A DNA stretch of 64,000 nucleotides, from positions 496,001-560,000 of the forward strand of contig CM038999.1 of the NCBI GenBank assembly GCA_017499595.2, read 5' to 3'. Below, in pieces: positions 1 to 12,367 of the stretch (positions are counted from its first letter, which is position 1; every line of letters starts with the position of its first letter). The notes beneath the pieces were generated by a model. It made no database searches and was not told the origin of the DNA. It was given only the letters and a program-made list of their open reading frames with translations. The DNA is from Psilocybe cubensis (lineage: Eukaryota). The translations under genes were made by a program, and so were the position numbers.

Positions 1-2174
1 TCAAGAATCTCTTTCTCCTGCATTGGCTTTCCCAAGAGTCGCTGTACTTCAATAACAGCGGGTTGCTTTTTGTATTTTGTTTTCTTCGTGTTGGTTGCTC
101 TGACAGTGACAGTAATATGCATGATTTTGACAAGGCTAGAAGCGTGAAATCGAGCATGCAGATTGCCTTTTATTCTAATTCTCGATGTGCATTGTGCAAC
201 AAGTTGTGGATTACCGCTCCTCAGGATCTGCATGTCCCTCTTTAGCTTCCTATATGTAGATGGAGATACGGGAGATTACGTCCAAGTAAGCCACCGGGAT
301 TACTGCCCGCAAGCGCTGCATTTAATTCGCTTGTCTCCTCCGGCGTCCCGAGGTGACGTTATCCCAAGCAATGAAAGAAAGGACTCTACGTACCGCCAGG
401 CGTTTGAGGAATCCTGTGAGAGCTGTTGCGTTAGAAACGCCGGATAGCTGCCGAGGCTCGAGGCAAGGGATTGAATATTGAATATTATTCCGCCGATGTA
501 GCTTCGGTAATGCGAATACAGGACTTGCTTAGGTTTGCAGGCTTCAGGCCCGAGGTAAGTATAGCTCTGCATCCATGAAATCCTCGGAAGCATTGAAAGC
601 ATTTCTTGTGATTAGGCGATACTGTAAATGGAGAGAACTCGTTTGAGCGGTAAATTTATATGAGAAATAGAATCCTGAGCCGAAGGCTTGCGTGTTAGAT
701 ATGAAATCTGGCCCAAGGTCCAACATGCAAACCTGGAAAGCGGGCCACGCTGCGTGGTTTGGACATAGTGACCTGAGAAACTTCGCCGAGGTGTCGAGGT
801 TATTAAAACAGTCTGTGGAAGTTGGCGAAGCGCTTGCCATCCTCGCAGTGTGCATGCTCCTGGAATGCCAGGCATCAGGCCAGCAGCATGCATAGATTAT
901 TGCCTGGAAGCTCTGGGCGCAGAGAGAGGCCTACCATGGCCCCAACCTTCCATGGACCTAATTCTAGGCGTAAACTTGGTTACTGTGAAACACGCCAGAG
1001 GCCGCCGCCTCCCGCCTCCTCACAATACTTCTGTCGGAGACCGCACACTTCATCTGGAAAACCAGATGCCAGTGATGTATAACAGATAGTGCGGATCCCG
1101 CGCAAGCATCAGCCCTGAACCGACGACTGCGTCTGGAAACCCTGGCGACCAACCGAGCCAGATATGGTCACTTCAGCCTTAAGAGAGAGCTAGTAGAGGT
1201 GACATGATGGGTGGGGAGTCCTTGCAGACAGAGATGGACTGCAAGAAGAACTGGGTCCGGCAAACCGGGGTTTTAGTGGGTGTGGGTTGATTTCTTTGGA
1301 AGTGGCACCCTAGTCCTCCACACTGCCTAGTAATAGGTGTGCTAAGACATTATGGTGACAGACCGGACGGAGTGCAAGTCTCCCTTTCAACGAGCTCCCC
1401 GGCGGGCGAGCTGCTTCAAAAAAAGAAGAAGAAGAAACGGTCGTAGCATGGTGTCACGTCAAAGACCTAGTAGAACCCAAAAAAGAGAACACCACCAGTC
1501 AAGTAAACATAGGCGCCGCCGTCCGTCATGGAGCACTTCTATTACCGATCAAAAATGGAGTCTTTCGAGGAGCCCAGGAAGCAGACCTTTCGGCTCCAGG
1601 AGAGATCGCAACGTCAAGGTTTCTTGGGATTTGAATAGCTGGGAACAGCCTCTACTTGGACCATGGTCATTGGTTCATCATAGGATGATCTGCATCATAC
1701 ATGCAGAATATTCGTGTGACATGCAAGAAACGTCAAGAAAACAAAAGGTTTGTTTTATTGTACGTACCTAGACAACGGTTGGCTTTAAGAGGCAAAAAGT
1801 AAACGAGAATCTGGACATGAACTCGCCAAAGTCAAATTGGATCCATACCAGTGGAGCGATATTCCCCGACTCGGTAGGATCCCTCTAGAGCAGCAGCGCA
1901 CAGCAACGCACAATAGACCTATTAGATAGACAAAAGATCGATGGGGCGCATAGACTCTAACGTTGCAACCAGAACAAGTTCAACAAAAACAAGTGTTGTT
2001 CGGGGTTTTTGAAGCACGAAAAAATCCGGTAACTTCAGAGAAAATCTGCCATAGAGGAGGTAAAGGGCCCTTATAAGATATCCTGTGGGGCTAAGAAGAG
2101 AAAAAAATAGGTATATAAGTCGGATCAGAGCCTGGAAGGCGTTGAATTCGTGACAATACCTCAGATTTGAGACC

Positions 2175-5100
2175 ATGTTTAGGCCGGACCCGGACTTTTT
2201 TGATTCCGGCGAACCTGCTTCCTACCACCAGGACCACTCCTTCATCCCGAATTTCAGCTATTTGTCGTTGTCGCCTCAAGTCCAGCGCCAGCAGTCATCG
2301 GGAGGGTACAGCGGTGAGCAGCGTTCTCCCAGGGGCCCGGTGATGTCCCGGTTAATGCTAGTGCATTACTGACAAATCAGGGCTCGCTACCATTAGGCCC
2401 ACCGATGTCAACCAGACAAAACAAGAAACAGCGGAAAGGTCGCAACAATGCTATGAACCGCGAACGAACAGTCACCACTCTTACTGAAGATCCAAACACA
2501 CCTTATCTCGTTCCGACACCGAGCGAAGAACCAGCTCCCAACTTGCTTATGGCGCCGCAGTTTTCTGGCAGCATGTCTGGCGGAGGCAAAATGCATAACA
2601 ACATCGCGATGGGCCCTCCGACGCACACATATCAGATGCAAAACAACTTTGGCCAGTATGGTTTCGGATCAGGGTCGTTTGGGCCAATGCCACAGCAGCA
2701 CGTAAATCAACCTCAACCTCAACCCCAGCAACACTCTCAACAGCAGCAGCAAATGTTTTCGCCAACGCAAAAATACAATAAACCTCAGCAACGCGTTCCG
2801 GTACCTGACGTTCGTCCCAAGGTGCCTCTACCACCTGGAAAAAACGACCTGGAGATTCTGCAGAATCTGAAGAAGATGATCATCGAGGGCCAGCACCCAC
2901 TTTACAAGGCTGTTCCCGCTCCTATGTCTCTTGCGCGTCTTTACAAAGGAATTATCCCGTCACAGCTCCAGCGTACTGAGCAGACACCTGCGGAGCGGAA
3001 TGATCCTGATGATGGAAAGCTTCCTACACCTACGTCTGGCTCCAACCAGTCAGCTGGAGATTATGGAGACAGGCGGCAGCGTGGTCGTCCTCAAGGAAGG
3101 GACAGGAGGCCAGGTCCTGGTGGTCCTGGTGGAAACCAACAATACAATGTGCCGTTTGCTTTACATCTCTGCAATAAATATGACTAATTGCTTTTTGAAA
3201 CCAATCTTAGGCTTCTCAAGGTAATCAAGGCAATCGTTACAGTAATGCTCCTGCTGGGAACTCTGCTGCAACTTCTAATCTTCAAAATGTCAAAAATGGC
3301 AAGAACGACTCCGGACCTCCTTCAACTATTCTTCAGCCTGAAACTCGGCCTTCTGATGTGTCAACTGGTGGGCCACCCCCGCCTATCCAGGATGGCCAAC
3401 GTCGCGGGAATGAGTATCCAGCTCGCTATCCAGATACCGAGCCTGCAACAGGTGTTCGACCTGGTGATTCCAGGCACAGCACTATAGACGTAGTTGGGCT
3501 TACAGCTGGTAAAGCTTCTGTGTACAGTGGTAAGGACGAGGCTTCTCGTCCAGCGAATTGGACTGGTCCACGAGATATGGCTCCTACTCATGATATACGA
3601 GAATATGACTCAGAAAGGACTTCTACACCTCGGCCACCAGCTGTGACAGGTCCTGCCAATGTTGATGCTCGGTCTGCAGCGGCTTCTGATGAATATGACA
3701 GACAAAGAGGAGAATGGTCTGACCGCGATCGCGGCTATCCTGATCGCGGTCGCGATACAAGGCCCATTGATAACCGTAGATCTTCCTCGGTTGCTGATCA
3801 GCGGCATTACGGTTCTGATTATGGACAACCCCCCGTACGCAGAGGCACTGCTGAACCACCTCTATCTTCCGATGCCCGTCATTTGTCTGAAAATCCTCCT
3901 GTTGATGATGTTCGACCTTCTGTAGAGGCTCGTCCCCCTCCTGATGCTCGTGCGGCTCCTGTTCGTGCAAATGATCGTCTGGGCCTTGATTCCGAAGATA
4001 TCCAGTCATCGCGCTCTTCTTCTGTTCGTCCAGCGGATGCTTCTGCTCCTCTTGGCTCCGTTCCACCTGCTACATCTGGGGTTGATACTGTTGATAACTC
4101 ATCAACTCGTCCGTCTTTGAAAGATCGCCTTAATGCTGAGCCGTCGAGAAACCCAACTGAGACTCCCGTCGGCGCTGATGAGCAGCAGCAATCTCCACAT
4201 GCGCAAGACCGGTCTAGAAAACCTAATAAATATCGTGGTAACGGTGACTCTCCTTATGATGAACCACCACGAAAAGTGGAAGCACCGCCTCACGCTGACG
4301 AGTATCCTCCTCACAATGCCCCAGGAAATGTGCCTGGCGGCGCACCGCGTCGCGCATTCGTTCCTCGTGATGGGCGCAGAAATGCTTCTCCTGCTACACG
4401 TGGCAGACGACGCGCCGAACATCCAGCTTATCAGCGGCCTCCGCCATCCTCTCGCGATGACCCATACTACCATTCAGAGTATCGTGATCCTCGGTCGAGT
4501 TATTCTAGTGCTGTAGACCCGGATGTTCGCTATGAGGGCAGGCCATACAGGGACTATTCACCTCCTGGATCTGCAAGACGCGGCCCTCCGATTGATTTAC
4601 CCCCTGGCCCTGGCCGTGATTACAATCCATACCCACCTAGACGAGACTGGAGTCCTCAAGAAGAAGAAGAATACTATAAGTCCAGAGGCTGGGATGTTCC
4701 TCATGACAGGGGTCGCTTTTCCGATAGGGATTATCCCCCTCCCCGCGCAGCTGGCTGGGAAGGTCGTCCGGATCGTGACTATGCTGCTAGAGGTATTTTT
4801 GCGCTTGCATCTTTCCTTATGTTGCGACATGCGATTTGGTAATTATGCATACATTGTATTCTAGATGCTTATCCCCCAGGACCTCCTCCTGGCCCTTTAC
4901 CTGATGATCGCTACCCTCCTGTTCGCGATGCCGATCGCGCTCGAGCTCCGCCGCCACCACCTCCTCCTGGGGGTTACGGAGGCTCTTTCAACCGCGTGCG
5001 TCCTCGAAGTCCTAGCCCGCCCAGGCGTCCTGGTCCAGGGTCCATCGACGACGCGCGACCTGCCGTCAAACGCCCACGAGAAGACTTCAGCGGTCAAGAT

Positions 5101-5448
5101 TATTACCCGAGTGGTGGTGGTGGACGCGATTCCATGCGTCGACCCCCTGCTGACTACCCCCATCCCCCGCCACGCTCATCCAGTCAGGGCCCGCCCAATG
5201 CAGGCTGGGCACCTCCTGCCTCGGGATCGAGCGCTGGTGGGGGACTACCTGGAGACCGTGACTATCGAATGGGAAGAGACCCTATGGACTATGGGCCACC
5301 ACCCGGTAGTGTGTATGATAGGCGATCGCCTGGACCCCCTGGGCCACCTGGTGGGCGAATGCCTTATAACAGGGGCGGCGGCGGTTATGGACGTGGCGGC
5401 GGCGAGCCGCGAGATAGGGGCGGCTATGGAATGCCTCCGCGCCCATGA
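2175..5448 (+). CDS. Multi-exon low-complexity Pro/Arg/Gly/Asp-rich protein, function unknown
   Basis: ORFs 2175-, 2405-3187, 3358-4842 and 4996-5448 can be joined across short GT-AG introns (~2314-2380, ~3149-3210, ~4792-4864). One folded-looking segment (NDLEILQNLKKMIIEGQHPLYKAVPAPMSLARLYKG), then RD/RP repeats and an RGG-rich C-terminus. Confidence 0.75.
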
Positions 5449-5813
5449 ATCAATTTATGACTGGATCTTCCGACTGGTGCCATCTGAACGACAAAAATGC
5501 TTATCTAAATATTCTGATCTACTCGAAATAATGGACACGTTTTTCTGTTTTACTAGGGATGTTAGCGCCATGTTCTTCCTCTACATGGGACACTGATCAC
5601 CACCACTCACGATCTTCTCAAAATCTCAAAACATGCATTGGACTTTTTGTTTTAATCTCTTAAACTGAACGACTGGATATGGTCTCCTGTTCTTATGGAT
5701 TTGTAACTTTTTTGTGTCCTCCATTTATGCCTACATAACTCCATGTCATGTAAAAACAAACATTTGCGTCAGGGACGCAAACATTATGCTCAATCACCTC
5801 TCTTCGTCTATGC

Positions 5814-7130
5814 CTATTTAGCGCCGAAAGTCTGTATGGCATCTCGGACAACGAGGTTCGGTAGAGGCTTCATGTCTGGTAACACCATCTCGGCTTTAGC
5901 TTTCGGGCTCATCATGGTATCTTTGGCGTAATAATCCAACCACAGGTTACCGTCCGCGACGTAGGGATTGATGAGCAAGAAACGCGCAAAATCTTCGGAC
6001 CCTGGTTGGCTTGAAACTGAAGTCTGAGAGCTTGCGGGACCTTCTGATGTCGTTAATACAGGCATATTTCGGATCCCAAAATGGACAATCTGTATCCAAA
6101 AGTAAGTCATCGTGACGTGGAACGACCGTCCTTTTGTCTGTGGGCTGACGGAAATATATTTTTCGAGGCCTGTAAAGATAAGATCCTTTGCTATGTTGAC
6201 TGTGATCAATTGACTCCGTACAACAAATTGATAGACCTACCTTCTTTACGACCATACTTTGTGAGAATCACATATGCAATTCGAATATGCGTGTAATGGT
6301 CCCACTGTGGCAAGCTGAAAGAATTGAACAAATTCAAAAAAGTGTCGGGCGAGCAGTCGGTTTCGTTTCTGGTCAACCAGGATTCCAGCTTATTGGCCAG
6401 AGTGCTAGGTGACCTAGGGTTCGGCGCTGCTGTCAATGGTTCCGGCAAATTCTTCATCTGTTTCCCGGATTCAGCTATTTCGATTGCGAGCTGGAGCCAT
6501 TCAAACGCTTCTGGTAGGCCCGTTTGGACTTCTGTGAGTGAGGTCTTGAAAACGGCGGCAATTTTTCCAGAAGTTATCTTTGAAAAAGCTATCCGAACAT
6601 AATCAAGGCTCATTGCTTTAGGCAGGTCGGACTTGTTCACAAGACTATTTTGTTTAGTAGCAACGATGTAAATCATTTCATCTGTCAACAGGTTTTGGCT
6701 TGAAAACTCACATCAAGATCGGCAGTTCTTTTTTGTCTGCCGTATCCTCTCTCGCCCTGGACGAAGAGAGTAATATCTCCTTCAATGCTTCTACGCTTTC
6801 AGGTAAACAGTTGGGGTCCGAGGCATCGACCATCCAAATCAAGGCCTTGCCACAGTTGACGTAGTGGTGCAGAACGCCAGATAGGTATCTGATCCCACAC
6901 CCGGTACCGACATCCCATGCAGTGATACAGAAAGATTTTCCTTTGGTGGTAACAGCATTCAATGTCTCCACGTTGAACCCGATGGTTGGAATTGTCTGGA
7001 CGATTTGTCCTGTTTTCAGCAAGTAAAGCAGCGTCGTTTTTCCAGAGTAACCTAAGCCCAGAATCGTGACTGTAGTGGGGTTGGAACCGGTGAACAGGCA
7101 GCTCATGAGCCGATGGATGATAGATGCCAT
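5814..7130 (-). CDS. ARF/ARL-like small GTPase fused to a C-terminal His-rich domain (copy 1)
   Basis: G1 GLGYSGKT, switch I PTIGFNVE, G3 WDVGTG, G4 NKSD after splicing. C-terminal domain WDHYTHIRIAY...FHVTMTYFW...VLPDMKPLP. Three exons in ORFs 6708-7130, 6206-6688 and 5814-6209. Confidence 0.85.
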
Positions 7131-7588
7131 TTCTGGGAAAATACGAGGACGCCTTCTATTTGAGATGTAGGAAGAGGTGTGATGATTGAGCCTTACTTAG
7201 GAATATCATTTTCAATTGTGACCTCTATATACATAATCAAAGTGGCTGTCCATGCCGTCGAAATGACTGCAAGATGTTGACGCAAGCCAACACCGTCGAT
7301 GTCAACGTGTCCGTAGTAGTTGGCGCACGACCGCCGAGATGACTGAAAGATGTCAATGCATGTCAGCGCCGTAGATGTCAACGTGTCCGTAGTACATCGT
7401 ATCGCGTGCCAAGAATCATGATTTTGGAAACTAGGTAGAAATCACAATTTTGTGAGCTCAAATCCACGAAAAGCCAGACAATTCAGTTTGTTTATGTATA
7501 CATATTCTACTTCGTTTATTTAATTTTTGAGCTGGATATATACAATTCTAGGAATACATACATACCGTACATATATACATGCTACCTA

Positions 7589-8813
7589 TTATAGCTGAAA
7601 TTTGAAATCGAATTCCTCGTCAAGTTCGATTGCTGAGGTCTTAATCAGAACATCATCGACGATGCGGACAGGGGGGTTCTTTGCGGTAACTCTCGCAGAT
7701 GACGTCACGGCCTGCGACGTATGTGGGCGCCGCATGCTTGTGGAAGTTGGTGCAACGCGGGGCCTCGCAGCAACAGACGTTGGAGGTCGCGTGAGCACTT
7801 TAGAAACAGCTTTGGGAGCCAGGGAGGAGGTTGACGAAGGAGCTTTTCTAGCCAGAGATGATTGTGGCCTCTTTGAACGCAGATAAGAAGGGACTACAGG
7901 TACTGTTGGCTTTGATTCAAGGCGTGCCAGAACAAAAGGATCATCGGATTCTGTTATTGTACGTATTAGTAGGATTATCAAGAAATGTTTAGAGAGCGGG
8001 CGTACCGAGTTCAGGAAGGTGGATCATGTTCCAATTTGCTGACTCGAGTTGAATTATCGGCTCATCTGGGGGACTAACATCCTCATAGGGAACCGAGTGA
8101 GCGAGTTGGAACAGTGTTTTCCCCAATTGCTTGTAATCCGGAAGGTCAAAGTCGTAGCTAGGTTGGAAGGGTATATCTGCAATACGGTCACAGAAAGCAC
8201 ATGCATTGGTAAAGAAATCATACCAAGAGTATTGGGAGGTCCATATTCCACATCGTCAAAGTCGTCCTCCTGCTCAGGTATAGTTTCTTGCAGTTGCGCT
8301 GTCGCTTCTAAGACAATATCGCCATCGCTGATGTCCCAGTGGTTTCCAGTGTTGATCGGTGTCTCGAGTGCTTTGCCTGACATCCGCGGTTGTTTGATGT
8401 GCTTGCGCATGGAGCTGGGGCGCTGTCCAGATCCATTCTCCTCGCCTTTCAGTTTCGATGGTTTTGTGGCTCCTGGAAGAGGTGTTTTTAGGAGCAAGGC
8501 GCCAATCCGGTTGGGCATTGGCGTTTTATCGCCCAATGGACGTCCCGTAGTGGCTAAAACAATCTTCTGATCTTTGAACAACCTTTGGGGCTCTTCAATC
8601 CAGTTATCAGTTATCTAACATTGGAAAACAAAAGTTCAGTCACCTACGAGCAGAAGCTGGGTGAAACGGAGTTTTGGGTGCCACATTCTTTCCCTTGCCA
8701 TTCACAGTCATAGCGTGCGCGTTCTCAGAGCGAGCTTTCAACGCTCTTCCTGGAGTTCTTGCAGGAATTGAGACCCCGTCCATGGGGAATTGCATTGGCC
8801 GCGAACTCAGCAT
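7589..8813 (-). CDS. Probable securin (Pds1/Cut2-like), multi-exon
   Basis: ATG at 8813 (MLSSRPMQF). Basic, disordered N-terminus with TP sites and D-box-like RPLGDKTP, followed by acidic EDDFDDVEYGPP resembling the Cut2 DIEYMPP separase-binding motif. Introns near 8590-8645, 8160-8220 and 7950-8005. Confidence 0.55.
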
Positions 8814-9186
8814 TGTAGTCGTGAAAGCATAACGAATACGGACGCGGATTTCGAACAGACGCGATCACGTGAGTCAGTTTTAATGTTTAATGGGCGCTTC
8901 AAACCCCGACAGATGACCGTCCGATGAAAAAAATAGAATCTCTACTTTTCTTGGTGGTACCTTTATGACGGACGACAACTAACACCAGTTAGGCTCGCCT
9001 GTCGGTATATACAATTACGGCGCATATTGCATAAGTCGTAACCAAGTACGTCCTATAAATTTGGAGAAATGTGCAGCAGGCTATCAGCTGCCAGACAAAC
9101 TAACTATGTATTTGAAAATGTAGACGTTGGCAATGCCACGCACTGACCCCATCAAGGATGTACGCCAGAATGGGTCATTCCTTGGT

Positions 9187-10487
9187 TCACCGATTCCTCT
9201 TTAGTGCTTTGTGATTGGTGTCGAGAGTGATCAGGTTTGGTAGCGGTTTTTTGTCCGGCAGAACCATCTCCTTCCTAGCATTTGGACTCATCATCACATC
9301 TGTGCTATAGTACTCTGACCACAAATTTCCATCGGCCACATGCGGATTGGTGAGGAGGAAACGAGGGAACTCGTCCGGAGTAGCAGGAACGCCAGGGTCT
9401 GCGGAAAATGGGACATAATACGGCTCATATGCGAGGTTTGGTGTCATGCTTCGGATACCAAAGTGGACGATCTGGATCCAAAAGTATGTCATTGTCAAAT
9501 GAAATGACTTTTTCTTTGTCTGTGGGCTGACAGAGATATACTTTTCTAGTCCTTTGAATACAAGGTCCTTTCCTACCACAAATGAAATGATATCCTAGGT
9601 GAAATTTGAAGAACTCACCCTCTTTACGACCATGTTTTGTTAGAATGACATAGGCGATGCGGATATGAGTGTAGTGGTCCCATTCTGGGAGCGCAAACGT
9701 GTTGAATTGCTCCAAGAATACGTCTGGTGGTGAATCTGCCTCGGCTCGCTTCAACCAAGAGTCTACTTTGGTAGCCAAAGTCATCGACAAAGGGCCTGGA
9801 TCGGGAAGCTGTCCATCCGAGGTTGTCGGTATGTTTGTTTCTTCCCCAAATTGTTTTTCAATTGCCAGTCTCAGCCAGTCCAGCGCCTCAGAAAGTCCCG
9901 TCATGGCAAAGTTGTCGTTGTTCATAACGGTCTTAAACATGGACACCGTATAGCCAGATGTTACTTTGGAAAAAGCGACGCGAACATAATCAAGGGTCAT
10001 CCCATTTGGTTTGTCTGCCTTATTGGCGAGGCTATCCTGCTATCAGTAAGTTGTATACGTTTTATACAATTTGTATAACTTACATCACTACAGGCAGCTT
10101 TTGCTCAACGTCTCCAAACTCGCGCAGTATCTCACTCAACGCTTCTATGCTTTCGACTAGCCTCTCCGAGTCCGCTGCATCGACGACCCAGATTATACCC
10201 TTGGTGCCGTCGTCTATTAGATAGTGGCGGAAAAGAGGGTGACTATACCCGATTGAACATCGGCCACCGACATCCCAGGCGCTTAACCGAAACCGCTGCC
10301 CATTGGTGATTGCAACTTCAGTAGTTTCCACGGAAAATCCGATAGTGGGGATAGTAGTATCGACGACCCCTTTCATGCCGTAAAGTAGTGTCGATTTGCC
10401 TGCAAAATCCAGTCCTAACACTTTTACTGGTATTGCTGTCTTGCTGGGATAGAACACATCCATTAATCGACGAATGATAAACGACAT
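9187..10487 (-). CDS. ARF/ARL-like small GTPase fused to a C-terminal His-rich domain (copy 2)
   Basis: Start MSFIIRRLMD at 10487. G1 GLDFAGKS, PTIGFSVE, WDVGGR, NKAD. C-terminal WDHYTHIRIAYVILTKHGRKEG...FHLTMTYFWIQIVHFGI is nearly identical to copy 1, with the same intron positions. Confidence 0.85.
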
Positions 10488-10943
10488 GTCGAACGAATTT
10501 CGGAAGGAGGTTAAATGATATGATGAGTATTGGGCGCTGGGAATCCAAACGAGCATTATATAGCCCACATTAAAAATAATGTTGGCAGTGAGCGCGACAT
10601 CGTCAGAACGTCCAAGTGCAAACGTGGCCGTAGTCAAGCTTTTAAATTGTACAAGACTCTCACTGTCAGTGCACAGCAATGCGTCACCAACATCGTTTTT
10701 CCTGTGTAAACGACCTTGCAGTGATCTACTACGAAGAGGCAGAACGACAACATCAAATACTTCCGGCTTTGACATGATCTTCCATATTTCACCTCACAAG
10801 CCTACCTCGAGGCTCAAGGATAGCGGAAGCTATAATCCGGCTTACGTGTGTTCGCAGGTGACACACCAATGCCACACACAATTAATCTTTATAAGTGACC
10901 ACCATCTTCTCGCTCAGGACTGTCTATCAACAGAAGATTTGCC

Positions 10944-11252
10944 ATGGAAGGCTCCCCAGTAACCGATTTATGGCTTGCCAACAACGATAGGCCACCCGAC
11001 CAAGTTATCCGTGAAGTTCACAGTCTTCTGGAGAAACCAACCAAAGAGCGAATGACTCTGGACATTGAAATCCAAATCCTGGAAACACATCTGAAGAAGT
11101 TGAGGGATAAACGATCCACGGTCGACAGCACTATTACTTGCTACAGGGCAATCATGTCGCCAATCCGTCGAGTTCCCGTAGAAATCCTTCGCGAAATATT
11201 CTTGTTTTGTCTTGTTGCACACCGGACAGCCATGTAAGCTGTAATGAAGCAT
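10944..11252 (+). pseudogene. Truncated Agaricomycete-type coiled-coil + F-box gene (5' half only)
   Basis: Coiled coil followed by MSPIRRVPVEILREIFLFCL. After a frameshift it continues as SCNEA and then breaks off at the hairpin starting at 11253. Confidence 0.7.
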
Positions 11253-11318
11253 CCCCTACGGCAGTTGGCCAAGGCATGCGAACTATCAAGGCGGGCAGCT
11301 TCCCAACTGCCCAAGGGG
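11253..11318. repeat. Inverted repeat/hairpin at the putative KDZ left terminus
   Basis: cccctacggcagttgg (11253-11268) pairs with ccaactgcccaagggg (11303-11318) at 14 of 16 positions. Confidence 0.65.
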
Positions 11319-11491
11319 AAGTATCGCTCTCTCCAAGCGGGCCATTTGGCTGGTTTTGATGGATGCCGGTGGCGTCCAAAACAAACATACCTAAAATGGG
11401 CCCGCAGGGCGAAATTTTTTGGTTTTTGACTGTTTCGTAGGCCTTTTGGACGCGCAAAAATAGGTGTTCTGTTTTATTAATAAATCTATGT

Positions 11492-11685
11492 CTAATGCAC
11501 CCATTGGCGCGCATAAATAGGGCGACGGCGGGGTGGATGCCAAATGAAAGAATTGGATGACGTTTATTAATAGATGCAATATGAGGTCATCTTTCACGAT
11601 GAGATAGGCGCCTTTTGTACTATAAATATTTCTACTCCTAATGCACGTATTTGCGCGCCTATATACAGGCACTGCGGGGTGGATG
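11492..11685 (+). repeat. Two imperfect 48-bp direct repeats (subterminal)
   Basis: ctaatgcac...gcgcgc.ta.ata..ggc...gcggggtggatg at 11492-11539 and 11638-11685. Confidence 0.7.
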
Positions 11686-12367
11686 GCACAGGAATGATCT
11701 GGATAACGTTCAGGAACATGATGTCCTTCCTGATCAGCCGCGGCTACATGTTACCGCAGCATCTTGGTACTATTTCAAATCGGATGTTATATGGTAGATT
11801 AACCGAGTGGTAAGCAGAGCTGAGTTGTGTGGAGTGCTCTTCGTCCCGCGGTATTGGCGTTCGAGACTTGGTAGTGCATACAATTTTTAACCTTTTTGTG
11901 TATGATAGTAGTTCAACTAAGTTCCCTTTCATTCCATCTTAAAACTTATTATTTCACGTTCGGGATGAATATAACTTTCTATTGTCATGTACTTTTATTC
12001 AACGGTTTAATGCCTAATATATTTACTATTTGGTCTATCCTTCAGTTAACTTGTCCTCGGCATACTGCCAAAATCTAGACGGTTTTGCGGCCTTTCCACT
12101 TCGAAGGATTACCGTGCTTGGATCCGCCAGTGTTACCGATGCAGTAGGGGTACTGGATCATGGTGTGAATGTGCAAACTGATAAGCCAATGATTCAAGGT
12201 AGTTATGTGATTGGATTTACCTTACTGCTAATTTTGGTGCTCTGCTACGTGTCAATCGCTGTCCGCGCTGGCTATCTTCGTTACTTGTTTGTGAGGGCAG
12301 CGCACTAAAAAGCATAGTAAATGGATGGTAAGATCGTGATTTTTTATGCCTGATGAATGAGCATGAC

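Noticed and set aside
1-1150. Possible minus-strand gene remnant (ORFs 300-602 and 544-855, KCSACG suggesting a MYND finger)
   Set aside because: No consistent spliced frame or complete zinc-finger motif could be built.
4865-5596. 243-aa hydrophobic ORF overlapping the last exon of the low-complexity gene
   Set aside because: Alternative frame of a Pro/Gly-rich exon. The 4996-5448 frame continues the upstream protein.
7255-7400. 21-bp direct repeat gatgtcaacgtgtccgtagta (two copies) upstream of ARF copy 1
   Set aside because: Real but short, with no TIR or TSD and no supportable function.
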